This document shows, piece by piece, positions 45,538 to 58,726 of a DNA stretch of 64,000 nt. Source of the DNA: an uncultured Flavobacterium sp. (GTDB taxonomy: Bacteria > Bacteroidota > Bacteroidia > Flavobacteriales > Flavobacteriaceae); contig CAZHVE010000001.1 in the NCBI GenBank assembly GCA_964535705.1, positions 56,960-120,959 of the forward strand, written 5' to 3'. The notes below the pieces were generated by a model. It made no database searches. It worked only from the letters and a program-made list of their open reading frames with translations, and was not told the origin of the DNA. Position numbers and translations under genes: made by a program. Within the stretch, counting starts at the first letter, position 1; each line of letters begins with the position of its first letter.

Positions 45538-45571
45538 TTAAATTCAAACAAATAACGCACATACTATTCTA

Positions 45572-46129
45572 ATGTCCAAAACCGCTTCAAATATGGTTCC
45601 GCTGGGAACTACTGCTCCCGATTTTTATTTAAAAGACACCAATTCTGCTGATGCCTCTTTTTCTTTTGCAGATATAAAAGGCGAAAAAGGAACTCTCGTC
45701 ATGTTTATATGCAATCACTGTCCGTTTGTGCATCATGTTATTCGCGAAGTGGTGCGAATTGCCAATGATTATCGCGTACAAGGCATTGGCATTGTCGCAA
45801 TTTCCAGTAATGACGTATTGAATTTTCCTCAAGATTCCCCTGAATTAATGACCAAATTTGCATTCGAAAACAACTTTGAATTTCCTTATTTGTATGATGA
45901 AAAACAGGAAGTTGCCAAAGCATACAATGCTGCTTGCACACCTGATTTCTTTTTGTATGACGATCAAACCAAATTAGTTTATCGTGGTCAACTTGACGAT
46001 AGCCGACCGGGAAATGGCATTCCGTTAAGCGGAAGTGATTTACGTGGCGCCATTGATGGCGTGATTTATAACCGAGTTATAAATCCCACCCAAAAACCGA
46101 GTATAGGTTGCAATATTAAGTGGAAATAA
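45572..46129 (+). CDS. Thioredoxin/AhpC-TSA family protein
   Basis: CNHCPFV, AACTPDFF, GCNIKW. Confidence 0.9.
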   Translation: MSKTASNMVPLGTTAPDFYLKDTNSADASFSFADIKGEKGTLVMFICNHCPFVHHVIREVVRIANDYRVQGIGIVAISSNDVLNFPQDSPELMTKFAFENNFEFPYLYDEKQEVAKAYNAACTPDFFLYDDQTKLVYRGQLDDSRPGNGIPLSGSDLRGAIDGVIYNRVINPTQKPSIGCNIKWK

Positions 46130-46145
46130 AAAGCACTACAATATT

Positions 46146-46201
46146 TGTCAAGTCGAGCGTAGAATAGACCTATGACAATCTCGACTGCGCTCGACTTGAT
46201 A
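46146..46201. repeat. REP-like palindrome
   Basis: TCAAGTCGAGCG...CGCTCGACTTGA inverted repeat. Confidence 0.65.
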
Positions 46202-46202
46202 C

Positions 46203-46233
46203 AAAAAAATCCCAAAACTTTCGCTTTGGGATT
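46203..46233. terminator. Terminator between convergent genes
   Basis: AATCCCAAA...TTTGGGATT with A-tract. Confidence 0.6.
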
Positions 46234-46287
46234 CTAAATGAATTCGATTGCTCAATTCTGCAAACTGCGACTGAACACTGAAAACTA

Positions 46288-47220
46288 TTATTTAACGTCC
46301 ATTAATTCTACGTCAAAAATCAAGGTAGCATTTGGTGGAATTACTCCTCCTGCTCCTGCTGGTCCGTATCCTAAATCGGATGGAATAACGAAACGGGCTT
46401 TGTCTCCTACTCTCAACAAGGCAATTCCTTCATCCCAGCCTTCGATAACTTGACCTTGGCCTAATCTAAATTCGATTGGTTTTTTTCTTGGATAAGAAGA
46501 ATCAAAAACTTTTCCATTTTCTAATGAGCCCTCGTAGTGAACCGAAACTGTTTTTCCAGCTTCTGCTTGTTTTCCTTCTCCTTTTTGGATGAATTGGTAA
46601 CGCAAACCACTTTCTGTTTTTTCGAAACCGGCCGCTAGTTTTTCCATTTTTGCTTCTGATTCTGCTTTTAAAGCCGCATCGCGTTTTAGACGAGCCCCTT
46701 TCAAACCTACGAAAGCCTCAATGGCATTCCAATTCTTGGCTTCCTCACCCACTCTAATGATTTCAACCGATTCCAAAACATCACCTTGAGCAATGGCGTC
46801 AACAACATCTTGTCCTTCTATTACATTTCCAAAAACAGTGTGTTTGTTATCCAACCAAGGCGTGGCAATATGCGTGATGAAAAATTGAGAACCGTTGCTT
46901 CCCGGACCTGAGTTTGCCATTGACAAAACACCTGGTGCATCGTGACGTAAATCTTGATGAAACTCATCATCAAATTTGTATCCAGGATCTCCAGTTCCGG
47001 TTCCTAAAGGACAACCACCTTGAATCATAAAATCTGGAATAACTCTATGAAATTTTAATCCATCATAGAATTTTACCCCTTGAGGTTTTATTTTATTCTC
47101 CATATTTCCTTCTGCAAGAGCTACAAAATTCCCTACAGTTCCTGGAGTTAAATCGTGTGTTAGTTTTACTAAAATCGAACCTTTTGCTGTGTTGAATTTA
47201 GCATATATTCCGTTTTCCAT
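46288..47220 (-). CDS. Dual cyclophilin-FKBP peptidyl-prolyl isomerase
   Basis: FHRVIPDFMIQGG, SMANSG, SQFFIT; VHYEG, VIEGWDEG, IPPNATLIFDVEL. Confidence 0.93.
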   Translation of the reverse strand: MENGIYAKFNTAKGSILVKLTHDLTPGTVGNFVALAEGNMENKIKPQGVKFYDGLKFHRVIPDFMIQGGCPLGTGTGDPGYKFDDEFHQDLRHDAPGVLSMANSGPGSNGSQFFITHIATPWLDNKHTVFGNVIEGQDVVDAIAQGDVLESVEIIRVGEEAKNWNAIEAFVGLKGARLKRDAALKAESEAKMEKLAAGFEKTESGLRYQFIQKGEGKQAEAGKTVSVHYEGSLENGKVFDSSYPRKKPIEFRLGQGQVIEGWDEGIALLRVGDKARFVIPSDLGYGPAGAGGVIPPNATLIFDVELMDVK

Positions 47221-47337
47221 TTTTATTGTTTTTTATTGAAGGGCAAATTTACGAATTAAATAGAGAATTTGAAAATTTGAAAACCTTGAACTTTTCAATC
47301 TTCAAACTTTGTACCTTTGCAACCTAGAAACTCAATT

Positions 47338-48024
47338 ATGCGCATTGATATTATTACTGTCCTCCCCGAATTGCTGCGAAGTCCTTTTGAAGCCTCAATG
47401 ATGAAGCGCGCCATCGACAAAGGAATTGTAGAAGTTCACATTCACAATTTACGGGATTACACGACCAACAAACAAAAAAGTGTGGATGATTATCCCTATG
47501 GCGGCGGCGCTGGAATGGTAATGAATATTCAACCTATTGACGATTGCATCACGCATTTAAAAAGCGAGAGAACCTACGACGAAATCATTTATATGTCGCC
47601 TGACGGAAAAACCTTGAACCAAAAAATGGCTAACACAATGTCAATGTATGAAAACATCATTATTCTTTGCGGTCATTATAAAGGGGTGGATCAACGCGTT
47701 CGAGACCATTTTATTACCAAGGAAATATCAATTGGCGATTATGTTTTGTCTGGCGGAGAATTAGGAGCCTTGGTTTTGTGCGATACCTTAATACGACTGA
47801 TTCCTGGAGTTTTGAGTGATGAAACCTCTGCATTGACAGATAGTTTTCAGGATGATTTATTGTCGGGACCTATATATACTAGACCTGCCGACTACAAAGG
47901 CTGGAAAGTTCCCGAAGTTTTAACTAGCGGAAATTTTGCAAAAATCGACAAATGGAGAGAGGATATGGCTTTTGAACACACTAAAAATAGAAGGCCGGAT
48001 TTACTTGATGAAAAAAAATCATAA
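47338..48024 (+). CDS. trmD: tRNA (guanine-N1)-methyltransferase
   Basis: [23 protein letters not shown]. Confidence 0.96.
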   Translation: MRIDIITVLPELLRSPFEASMMKRAIDKGIVEVHIHNLRDYTTNKQKSVDDYPYGGGAGMVMNIQPIDDCITHLKSERTYDEIIYMSPDGKTLNQKMANTMSMYENIIILCGHYKGVDQRVRDHFITKEISIGDYVLSGGELGALVLCDTLIRLIPGVLSDETSALTDSFQDDLLSGPIYTRPADYKGWKVPEVLTSGNFAKIDKWREDMAFEHTKNRRPDLLDEKKS

Positions 48025-48047
48025 TTCATAATTCATAATTCATAATT
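48019..48047. repeat. Heptamer tandem repeat (TCATAAT)x4
   Basis: Seen directly at the trmD stop. Confidence 0.8.
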
Positions 48048-48064
48048 ATTTTTTAGTTTTGCAT

Positions 48065-48132
48065 GCTCATTAGACCAACCTCTGGCGAAATCCGTGAATG
48101 TTGCTCTTTTTAAAACCATAATAAAAAATAAA
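48065..48132 (+). promoter_or_regulatory. Candidate L19 ribosomal-protein leader RNA
   Basis: TAGTTTTG -7 element at 48054-61, then CAAC...GTTG-closed structured segment in the rplS 5' UTR; an L19-Flavobacteria leader has been described. Confidence 0.45.
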
Positions 48133-48483
48133 ATGGCAGATTTAATGAAATTCGTTCAAGACGAATTTGTAACAAGAAAAGATTTCCCTGTATTCGGAGC
48201 TGGTGATACCATCACAGTTTTCTATGAAATTAAAGAGGGTGAAAAGACAAGAACACAGTTTTTTAAAGGTGTTGTTATTCAAAGAAGAGGTTCTGGAAAC
48301 ACAGAAACTTTCACTATTCGTAAAATGTCAGGTTCAGTTGGTGTAGAACGTATCTTCCCAGTCAATTTGCCAGCTTTGCAAAAAATTGAAATCAACAAAA
48401 AAGGTCATGTTCGTAGAGCTAGAATTTTCTACTTCAGAGAACTTACTGGTAAAAAAGCCAAAATTAGAGATAAAAGAAGATAG
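48133..48483 (+). CDS. rplS: 50S ribosomal protein L19
   Basis: GDTITV, RTQFFKGVVI, GVERIFP, VRRARIFYFR. Confidence 0.97.
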   Translation: MADLMKFVQDEFVTRKDFPVFGAGDTITVFYEIKEGEKTRTQFFKGVVIQRRGSGNTETFTIRKMSGSVGVERIFPVNLPALQKIEINKKGHVRRARIFYFRELTGKKAKIRDKRR

Positions 48484-48502
48484 TCAATTATCGACTTATA
48501 AT

Positions 48503-48533
48503 AAAACTCCCAACCTGTTTGGGAGTTTTTTTT
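48503..48533 (+). terminator. Intrinsic terminator
   Basis: AAAACTCCCAA-CCTGT-TTGGGAGTTTTTTT. Confidence 0.75.
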
Positions 48534-48750
48534 GAATAAAAATCGGGCTTTTGTTATAAAAAAATTTACACCCCTTTTAGTTGAATCCTTTGTATTTTGA
48601 TTTCGATAAAAAAAGAACTCAATTTTCAACAATTCACTTTCAGGAAAATAAAAAATAAGTATTCCGTAATTTTTTCAATAAAACCAAACATAATCGGGGT
48701 CTATTCCCTTTTACGAAAACGTTTTTCTTACATTTGTACCCCAAAAATAA

Positions 48751-50994
<2,244 letters not shown>

Positions 50995-51023
50995 TATAAA
51001 ATAGTCGAATCTATTTCATTTTT

Positions 51024-51051
51024 AAAGGCAACTGGAAACAGTTGTCTTTTT
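51024..51051 (+). terminator. Intrinsic terminator
   Basis: AAAGGCAACTG-GAAA-CAGTTGTCTTTT. Confidence 0.75.
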
Positions 51052-51128
51052 ATATTTACAAAAATTTAACAGTTGTTAAAAAAATTATCAATACAAATTA
51101 ACGAATTTTGCGTTGCTAAATTTTATAA

Positions 51129-53528
51129 ATGAAATCACACAAAATTGTTGCGTTTTTCCTGTTTTTTTTAATCCCATTTTCTTCATTTTCTCAGGAAAAA
51201 ACTGTAGAATCAACCAAACAAAAATATACCATTAGCGGAACTATTTCCGATGTAAACACCAACGAAACTCTAATTGGTATAAATGTTTCAATTCTAGAAT
51301 TGAGAACAAATGTCACTACAAATGAATATGGTTTTTATTCGTTAACAGTTCCCAGAGGAGACTACACTTTACAGGTTAGTTATTTAGGCTACCAATCTAT
51401 CGATGAAAAGATTCAATTATCGCAAAACATTAAAAAAAGTTTTAAACTAAAAAGTAGCGAGCAACAGCTAGAGGAGGTCGTGGTTACTGCCAATAAAAAA
51501 AGTACCAATATCAAAACTCCCGAAATGAGCGTTAACAAACTCACTATGGCAACCGTCAAAAAAATGCCTGTAGTTTTGGGCGAAGCTGATATTTTGAAAT
51601 CTATTTTGCTGCTTCCGGGAGTCACCAGTGCAGGCGAAGGACAATCAGGATTTAATGTTCGTGGCGGGGGGGCAGACCAAAACTTAATTTTATTAGATGA
51701 AGCTACAATATTCAATTCTTCGCACGTTTTTGGGTTTTTCTCGGTTTTCAATCCTGATGCCGTAAAAGACTTAAAACTATATAAAGGTGGAATTCCTTCA
51801 AGATATGGTGGTAGGGCATCTTCTGTTCTAGATATTTATCAAAAAGAAGGCAATAGTAATTCCTTCCACATGAACGGTGGAATTGGCTTAATTTCTAGCC
51901 GATTGCTAGCTGAGGGCCCACTTGTAAAAGACAAAGGTTCTTTTATAGTTGCAGCTAGAACGTCTTATGCGCATTTATTTCTTAAGTTAACCGATAATGA
52001 AAATTCAGCCTCTTTTTATGATTTGAATGCCAAATTGAATTATAAATTTAATGATAATAACAGCCTTTTTCTCTCTGGTTATTTTGGTAGAGATTTTTTT
52101 AATATTAGTGATCAGTTCGAAAATACTTACGGAAACTCAACCTTTAACCTAAGGTGGAATCATTTATTTTCAGATAAGCTTTTTTCTAATCTTTCCCTTA
52201 TTTTTAGTGATTATTATTATGGATTAACCCTAACCAATGTTGGTTTTAACTGGCAATCGAGTATTAAAAATTTTAATTTAAAATATGATTTAAAATACTA
52301 TTTGAATGACAAAGTAAAATTGAATTTTGGCTTGAATTCTATTTATTATAAATTCAATCCAGGAGCTATTGAACCAATCGATAAAAATTCCAACATCAAT
52401 TTCAGTCAATTAGATAAAAAAAATGCTTACGAACATTCAATTTATGTAGAAGCAGAGCATCAAGCTACTGAAAAATTGTCCTTTTTATATGGCTTACGAT
52501 ATAGTATGTTTTATCGTTTGGGCGCTTCTAAAGTCAATTTATACCAAGACAATCAAGCAGTCACTTATAATGACCAACTCAAAATTTACGAAAAAGGAGT
52601 TCCAATTGGCACTAAAACTTATGGCTATAATGAAGCAATCACTTCCTTTTCGAACCTAGAACCCCGTTTTTCGAGTTCTTATGTTTTAAACGAAAAATCA
52701 TCGGTAAAAGCAAGTTATAACCGAATGGTGCAATACCTTCAGTTAGTTTCAAACACGGCCTCACCCGCGCCATTGGATATTTGGACCCCAAGCGACCAAT
52801 ACATAAAACCTCAAATTGCCGATCAAGTTGCCGTTGGCTATTTCAGAAATTTCAAAGACGATATGTATTCTTTAGAAATTGAAAGTTTTTATAAAAAAAT
52901 AAAAAACCGCATTGATTACATAGATGGTGCCGATTTAATAGCAAACAATGCCATCGAACAAGTCGTCCTCAATGGACAGCTAAGAGCTTACGGTTTAGAA
53001 TTCTTGATTCGGAAAAACATAGGAAAACTAAATGGTTGGATTGCTTATACCCTATCCAATTCCGAACAACAAACTCCTAGTCGAACTGCTAATGAATCGG
53101 GAATTAACTACGGAAATTGGTACAAAACAGGCTTTCATAAATTACATAATCTGGCCGTAACGGCCAATTATAGTTTAAATTCAAAATGGTCTTGTGGAGG
53201 AAACTTTATTCTTCAGTCAGGCCAACCGGTCACTTTTCCTGAAGGCCAATATGAATATCAAGGAATCGTGATACCTAGTTATGGCTTGAGAAACAAAAAC
53301 AACCTACCATTATACCACCATTTAGACATCTCAGCAACTTATGTTCCAAAACCAAATAAAAGAAAAGGATGGCAAGGCGAATGGGTATTTAGCATTTATA
53401 ATATCTACAATCGAAAAAATGCGGCCTCCATTAGCTTTAGGGAAAACCAAACCTCTGGCGCAAATGAAGCCGTTAAGTTGTCCATTTTCGGCGCAGTACC
53501 ATCGGTAAGTTATAATTTCAAATTCTAA
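51129..53528 (+). CDS. TonB-dependent receptor
   Basis: CarboxypepD-like N-domain, plug NVRGGGADQNLILLD, terminal YNFKF. Confidence 0.9.
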   Translation: MKSHKIVAFFLFFLIPFSSFSQEKTVESTKQKYTISGTISDVNTNETLIGINVSILELRTNVTTNEYGFYSLTVPRGDYTLQVSYLGYQSIDEKIQLSQNIKKSFKLKSSEQQLEEVVVTANKKSTNIKTPEMSVNKLTMATVKKMPVVLGEADILKSILLLPGVTSAGEGQSGFNVRGGGADQNLILLDEATIFNSSHVFGFFSVFNPDAVKDLKLYKGGIPSRYGGRASSVLDIYQKEGNSNSFHMNGGIGLISSRLLAEGPLVKDKGSFIVAARTSYAHLFLKLTDNENSASFYDLNAKLNYKFNDNNSLFLSGYFGRDFFNISDQFENTYGNSTFNLRWNHLFSDKLFSNLSLIFSDYYYGLTLTNVGFNWQSSIKNFNLKYDLKYYLNDKVKLNFGLNSIYYKFNPGAIEPIDKNSNINFSQLDKKNAYEHSIYVEAEHQATEKLSFLYGLRYSMFYRLGASKVNLYQDNQAVTYNDQLKIYEKGVPIGTKTYGYNEAITSFSNLEPRFSSSYVLNEKSSVKASYNRMVQYLQLVSNTASPAPLDIWTPSDQYIKPQIADQVAVGYFRNFKDDMYSLEIESFYKKIKNRIDYIDGADLIANNAIEQVVLNGQLRAYGLEFLIRKNIGKLNGWIAYTLSNSEQQTPSRTANESGINYGNWYKTGFHKLHNLAVTANYSLNSKWSCGGNFILQSGQPVTFPEGQYEYQGIVIPSYGLRNKNNLPLYHHLDISATYVPKPNKRKGWQGEWVFSIYNIYNRKNAASISFRENQTSGANEAVKLSIFGAVPSVSYNFKF

Positions 53529-53532
53529 AATT

Positions 53533-54357
53533 ATGAAAATCTATAAATATATATTGCTTATCATTGTCTCAGTATTCGTTCAAAGTTGCGAGGAAGTTAT
53601 CGACGTCGATTTGAATACTGCTTCACCAAGACTCGTTGTCGATGCAGCAATCAATTGGCAAAAAGGAACCACAGGAGCAGAACAAAAAATTATTTTATCC
53701 ACCACCACCAGTTATTACAGCAATGTAGTTCCTAAAGTTTCAGGAGCAACTGTTTCAATAAAAAGTGGTGAAAATTTAATTTATATTTTCACTGAAGTTC
53801 CCAATACAGGCGAGTATAAATGCACCGATTTCAAACCCATCATTGGGGAAACTTACACCCTAACGGTGGTGTTTAACGGAGAAATCTACACTGCAACTGA
53901 AACTATGCAATCAGTCACTGAAATTGAACCCATTACACAAAAAAAAGATGGTGGTTTCTCCGGCAAAGAATATGAAATTGAGGCGCCATTCAAAGACCCT
54001 CTTGATAAAAAAAATTTCTATTTAGGCAAATTCTTTACAGACATTTATAAAACGGCAAGTTATAGCATTCTAAAAGATGAATTCACCAACGGAAATCTAA
54101 AATCTTGGCAATTTAGCGACGAAAATTTAAAACAAGGAACCAATATTGCCATCACTCATTATGGAATTTCAGAATCCTACTATAATTATATGAATAAAAT
54201 TATTTCGATTTCGAGCAGTTCTGGTGGCGGAAGCCCATTTCAAACTCCCCCTGCAACTGTGAGAGGTAATATTGTCAATCAGAATAATATCGATAATTAT
54301 GCACTAGGTTTCTTCTCCATAAGCGAAATTGATGTTCAAAATTACACTATCCAATAA
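53533..54357 (+). CDS. DUF4249 lipoprotein
   Basis: Lipobox VQSC, CEEVIDVDL, PPATVRGNI...LGFF. Confidence 0.85.
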   Translation: MKIYKYILLIIVSVFVQSCEEVIDVDLNTASPRLVVDAAINWQKGTTGAEQKIILSTTTSYYSNVVPKVSGATVSIKSGENLIYIFTEVPNTGEYKCTDFKPIIGETYTLTVVFNGEIYTATETMQSVTEIEPITQKKDGGFSGKEYEIEAPFKDPLDKKNFYLGKFFTDIYKTASYSILKDEFTNGNLKSWQFSDENLKQGTNIAITHYGISESYYNYMNKIISISSSSGGGSPFQTPPATVRGNIVNQNNIDNYALGFFSISEIDVQNYTIQ

Positions 54358-54445
54358 GTGGCTAATTCTTTCTGATTTTTGGATTTTTCATACATTTACA
54401 AAAAATCTGAATGCTAATATTCTGAAATCAAAAAACTGAAACCAA

Positions 54446-55108
54446 ATGTCTTCACACCATATTGTCCGCGATGACCAAGAACCCGCTTTAATTATTGCCA
54501 ACGGTGCTTCCTGCAACATCGAATTATTGGGACAATTACTCGAATGGTCTCCATTGGTTATTGTGTTAGACTCTGCAATAGAACGCGTTGTGGAATTGGG
54601 CATAAAAGTCGATGTTTTATTGGGTGATTTCGACCGCGGTTTCGATGCCAATTATTATAAAGAAACCCATTTCCCACTAGAAATTGTTCACACACCAGAT
54701 CAAAACAAAACCGATCTAGAGAAAGCATTCGATTATCTTATCGAAAGAAAAATTCCTGCTGCAAACGTGGTTTGGGCTACCGGAAAACGCGCTGATCACA
54801 CCATAACAAACCTGACCAATATTACTCGATACCGAGATTTATTGAAAATCGTGGTACTCGACGACCATTCCAAAGTCTATTTATTGCCCAAAAAATTTGA
54901 AAAATGGTATCCTGCCAGTACCCCTATTTCTCTCATTCCCATTGGGAACGTTACAGGAGTCCATTCCGAAAATTTATTTTACCCATTGGCAAACGACACG
55001 CTAACCATCGGTTATAGAACCGGAAGCAGCAATCACGTAATAATAGATGGAATGGTCACCATAGCACACGAAGAAGGCGATTTGTTGTTGATGGAATGTT
55101 GGGATTAG
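54446..55108 (+). CDS. thiN: Thiamine diphosphokinase
   Basis: GDFD, DQNKTDLEKA, GKRADH, GSSN. Confidence 0.88.
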   Translation: MSSHHIVRDDQEPALIIANGASCNIELLGQLLEWSPLVIVLDSAIERVVELGIKVDVLLGDFDRGFDANYYKETHFPLEIVHTPDQNKTDLEKAFDYLIERKIPAANVVWATGKRADHTITNLTNITRYRDLLKIVVLDDHSKVYLLPKKFEKWYPASTPISLIPIGNVTGVHSENLFYPLANDTLTIGYRTGSSNHVIIDGMVTIAHEEGDLLLMECWD

Positions 55109-55214
55109 TCTTCAGATTGCAGGTTTCAGATAACAGTATTCAGATTTAAATTATTATAAATCTACATTCTGAAATCATTATAAATCAACTATATTTGCCT
55201 TCTGAATTCAAAAA

Positions 55215-56159
55215 ATGAAACTGAAACAGATTACCGAAAAAACGAATTTACATCCCAGAAACCAACACCGATTGGGATATAATTTTGAACAATTAATTGC
55301 AACTTGCCCTGAACTTCAACAATTTGTGGGGATCAACGAACACCAAATTAAAACCATTGATTTTGCTAATCCAAAAGCTGTAAAAGCACTCAATAAAGCC
55401 ATATTAATTGCCCATTATGACATCCAAAATTGGGATATTCCCGAAAATTATTTATGTCCACCCATTCCGGGAAGAGTTGATTATATTCATTATATCGCCG
55501 ATTTATTGGCATCCAATAATAACGAGATTATTCCAGAAGGTGAGAATGTACAAGTACTAGATATTGGGATCGGTGCCAATTGTATTTATCCCATACTAGG
55601 AAACTCGGTTTATGGTTGGTCATTTGTTGGAACTGAAATAGATGAAAAAGCCATTCACAACTGCAAAAAAATCATTGAAGCAAACCCAAAATTGATGGAC
55701 TTCATCAGTTTACAATTGCAAACTGAATCGCGTTTTATTTTCAAAAACATCATCACGCCCGAAGATCGATTTTCGTTCACGATTTGCAATCCCCCTTTTC
55801 ACAACTCCCAAGAAGAAGCTACAAAAGCCTCCATTCGTAAAATCAACAATCTCGAAAATACTAGAACCAATACCCCTGTTCTGAATTTTGGCGGACAAAA
55901 CGCCGAATTATGGTGTGAAGGTGGCGAATCTGGCTTCGTGACACAAATGATTTTCGAAAGTGCCAAATACCCCATGCAATGCCTTTGGTTTACGACTTTA
56001 GTTTCCAAGAAAGAGAATCTGTCGAGTTTTTACAAAACGTTAAATAAAGTAAATGTAGCCGATGTAAAAACAATCAATATGGCGCAAGGGCAGAAAACCA
56101 GCCGAATTCTGGCTTGGACTTTCCAAACCGAAGCACAACAGAGGAATTGGAAGTTTTAA
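55215..56159 (+). CDS. rlmF: 23S rRNA m6A1618 methyltransferase
   Basis: LHPRN, LCPPIPGRVDYIH, DIGIGANCIYP, CNPPF. Confidence 0.95.
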   Translation: MKLKQITEKTNLHPRNQHRLGYNFEQLIATCPELQQFVGINEHQIKTIDFANPKAVKALNKAILIAHYDIQNWDIPENYLCPPIPGRVDYIHYIADLLASNNNEIIPEGENVQVLDIGIGANCIYPILGNSVYGWSFVGTEIDEKAIHNCKKIIEANPKLMDFISLQLQTESRFIFKNIITPEDRFSFTICNPPFHNSQEEATKASIRKINNLENTRTNTPVLNFGGQNAELWCEGGESGFVTQMIFESAKYPMQCLWFTTLVSKKENLSSFYKTLNKVNVADVKTINMAQGQKTSRILAWTFQTEAQQRNWKF

Positions 56160-56220
56160 GTTTTTCTAAACTCTTTTTTCTGGATTTCCTTTGTAACTTT
56201 GCGATTCTGAAAAAGTTTAA

Positions 56221-58209
56221 ATGAAATTCCAAGTTATCTCCGATTACCAGCCCAAAGGCGACCAACCCCAAGCTATTGAAAAATTAGCGCATGGAATTGA
56301 AGTTGGCGAACGCTATCAAACTTTGCTTGGAGTTACCGGTTCAGGAAAAACTTTTACGGTTGCCAATGTAATTCAAGAAGTGCAAAAACCTACTTTGATT
56401 TTGGCACACAACAAAACCTTGGCGGCGCAATTGTATTCAGAGTTCAAGCAATTTTTCCCGAATAATGCCGTGGAATATTTCGTCTCTTATTACGATTATT
56501 ACCAGCCCGAGGCTTTTATGCCGGTTACCGGCGTTTTCATCGAAAAGGATTTATCCATCAACGAAGAGTTGGAAAAAATGCGTTTGAGCACTACTTCTTC
56601 CCTACTTTCGGGGCGAAGAGATATTATTGTCGTGGCATCGGTTTCATGCATTTATGGTATTGGAAATCCTGTTGAATTTCAGAAAAATGTCATTGCCATC
56701 GAGAAAAACCAAATTATTTCCCGCACCAAATTATTGCATAGTTTGGTTCAAAGTTTATATTCCAGAACCGAAGCCGATTTCAATCCGGGAAATTTCCGAA
56801 TCAAAGGCGACACGCTCGAAGTCTATCCCAGTTATGCCGACGAGGCGTTTCGAATTCATTTCTTTGGGGATGAAATTGAAGAAATCGAGGCCTTTGATAT
56901 CAAGTCTTCCAAAGTGATTGAACGACACGACCAACTCACGATTTATCCTGCGAATATGTTCGTGACTTCGCCCGATGTATTGCAAAACGCGATTTGGGAA
57001 ATCCAACAGGATTTGGTCAAGCAAGTCGATTATTTCAAGGAAATTGGCAAACATCTCGAAGCCAAAAGACTGGAAGAACGCACCAACTTCGATTTGGAAA
57101 TGATTCGCGAACTCGGTTATTGCTCCGGAATCGAAAATTATTCCCGTTATCTTGACGGAAGGGAAGCCGGCACAAGACCCTTTTGTTTATTAGACTATTT
57201 TCCAAAAGATTATTTAATGGTGGTCGATGAAAGTCACGTTACGCTTTCGCAAGTCCACGCCATGTACGGTGGCGACAGAAGCCGAAAAGAAAACTTGGTG
57301 GAATACGGATTTCGACTTCCCGCTGCCATGGACAATCGTCCCTTGAAATTTGAGGAATTTGAAGCGATGCAAAACCAGGTCATTTATGTTTCAGCAACGC
57401 CAGCAGATTATGAATTGCAGAAAACGGATGGTGTCTATATCGAACAGGTCATTCGGCCAACGGGATTATTGGATCCCATTATTGAAATCCGTCCGAGTTT
57501 GAATCAAATTGATGATTTGATTGAGGAAATTCAGGCACGAGCCGAAATTGACGAACGGGTTTTGGTCACTACCTTAACCAAAAGAATGGCCGAAGAATTG
57601 GCTAAATATTTGACGAAAGTTTCCATTCGGTGTCGGTACATTCATTCCGATGTGGATACATTGGAACGTATCGAAATTATGCAGGATTTACGAAAAGGAT
57701 TATTCGATGTGCTGATTGGTGTCAACCTGTTGCGCGAAGGATTGGATTTACCCGAAGTTTCCCTTGTAGCCATTCTCGATGCCGACAAGGAAGGATTTTT
57801 ACGAAGTCATCGTTCGCTTACCCAAACCATAGGCCGTGCCGCGAGAAACCTCAACGGAAAAGCGATTATGTATGCAGACAAAATTACGGCTAGTATGCAA
57901 AAAACAATTGACGAGACCAATTATCGAAGAACCAAACAAATTAATTTCAACATTGCAAACAATCAAGTTCCAGAAGCATTAAACAAGAAAATAGAGAGTG
58001 CCTTTACGAAAAACCCTTTGGTTGATTATGAATTGGGCTACGCCACTTCCATAGCCGCGGAACCCATGACGGAATACCTTACGAAACCGGAAATTGAAAA
58101 ACGGATTCGGGAGAAACGAAAAGCAATGGAGAAAGCCGCAAAAGACTTGGATTTTATGCAAGCCGCAAAACTGCGGGACGATATCAAAGCGTTGCAAGAA
58201 AAAATATAA
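56221..58209 (+). CDS. uvrB: Excinuclease ABC subunit B
   Basis: GVTGSGKT, YYDYYQPEA, DESH, C-terminal UVR domain. Confidence 0.97.
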   Translation: MKFQVISDYQPKGDQPQAIEKLAHGIEVGERYQTLLGVTGSGKTFTVANVIQEVQKPTLILAHNKTLAAQLYSEFKQFFPNNAVEYFVSYYDYYQPEAFMPVTGVFIEKDLSINEELEKMRLSTTSSLLSGRRDIIVVASVSCIYGIGNPVEFQKNVIAIEKNQIISRTKLLHSLVQSLYSRTEADFNPGNFRIKGDTLEVYPSYADEAFRIHFFGDEIEEIEAFDIKSSKVIERHDQLTIYPANMFVTSPDVLQNAIWEIQQDLVKQVDYFKEIGKHLEAKRLEERTNFDLEMIRELGYCSGIENYSRYLDGREAGTRPFCLLDYFPKDYLMVVDESHVTLSQVHAMYGGDRSRKENLVEYGFRLPAAMDNRPLKFEEFEAMQNQVIYVSATPADYELQKTDGVYIEQVIRPTGLLDPIIEIRPSLNQIDDLIEEIQARAEIDERVLVTTLTKRMAEELAKYLTKVSIRCRYIHSDVDTLERIEIMQDLRKGLFDVLIGVNLLREGLDLPEVSLVAILDADKEGFLRSHRSLTQTIGRAARNLNGKAIMYADKITASMQKTIDETNYRRTKQINFNIANNQVPEALNKKIESAFTKNPLVDYELGYATSIAAEPMTEYLTKPEIEKRIREKRKAMEKAAKDLDFMQAAKLRDDIKALQEKI

Positions 58210-58256
58210 TCACTCAAGTCTCAAAAAATCTATCTTTACAAACAAAATATATAAAA

Positions 58257-58724
58257 ATGACAAATAACGATATCCTCAAAAAACTACGTGTTGCCTTGAT
58301 GTTACGAGACGACCAAATCGTTGAAATACTGGAATTGGTAGATTTTAGAATTTCAAAATCAGAATTAGGTGCTTTTTTCCGCGCCGAAGACCACCCTAAT
58401 TATGTGGAATGTGGCGACCAAGTGTTACGCAATTTCCTAAATGGCTTGGTTATTCACCTCCGTGGCACAAAGGAAAACCCTAAGAACCCAACGGCCGTTT
58501 TAGCCAAACATAAAGCTCAAATTCCCGCAAAAGTAGGTCAGAAAGACAGACCAGAATTTAAGGCAAAACCAAAAGACGAAGACAGAGCTAGAGGAGATCA
58601 AGCCCCCTCTAAATCGAAACCCGCCGCAAAAAGAACTTCCAAAAAAGAATTCCCAAAAGGGAATAACAAAATTCAGGTGGTAGAAAAAGTGAAATTTAAT
58701 TTCGGGAAGAACAAAAAATCGTAA
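58257..58724 (+). CDS. DUF1456-family protein
   Basis: MTNNDILKKLRVAL...CGDQVLRNFLNGL. Confidence 0.88.
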   Translation: MTNNDILKKLRVALMLRDDQIVEILELVDFRISKSELGAFFRAEDHPNYVECGDQVLRNFLNGLVIHLRGTKENPKNPTAVLAKHKAQIPAKVGQKDRPEFKAKPKDEDRARGDQAPSKSKPAAKRTSKKEFPKGNNKIQVVEKVKFNFGKNKKS

Positions 58725-58726
58725 TA

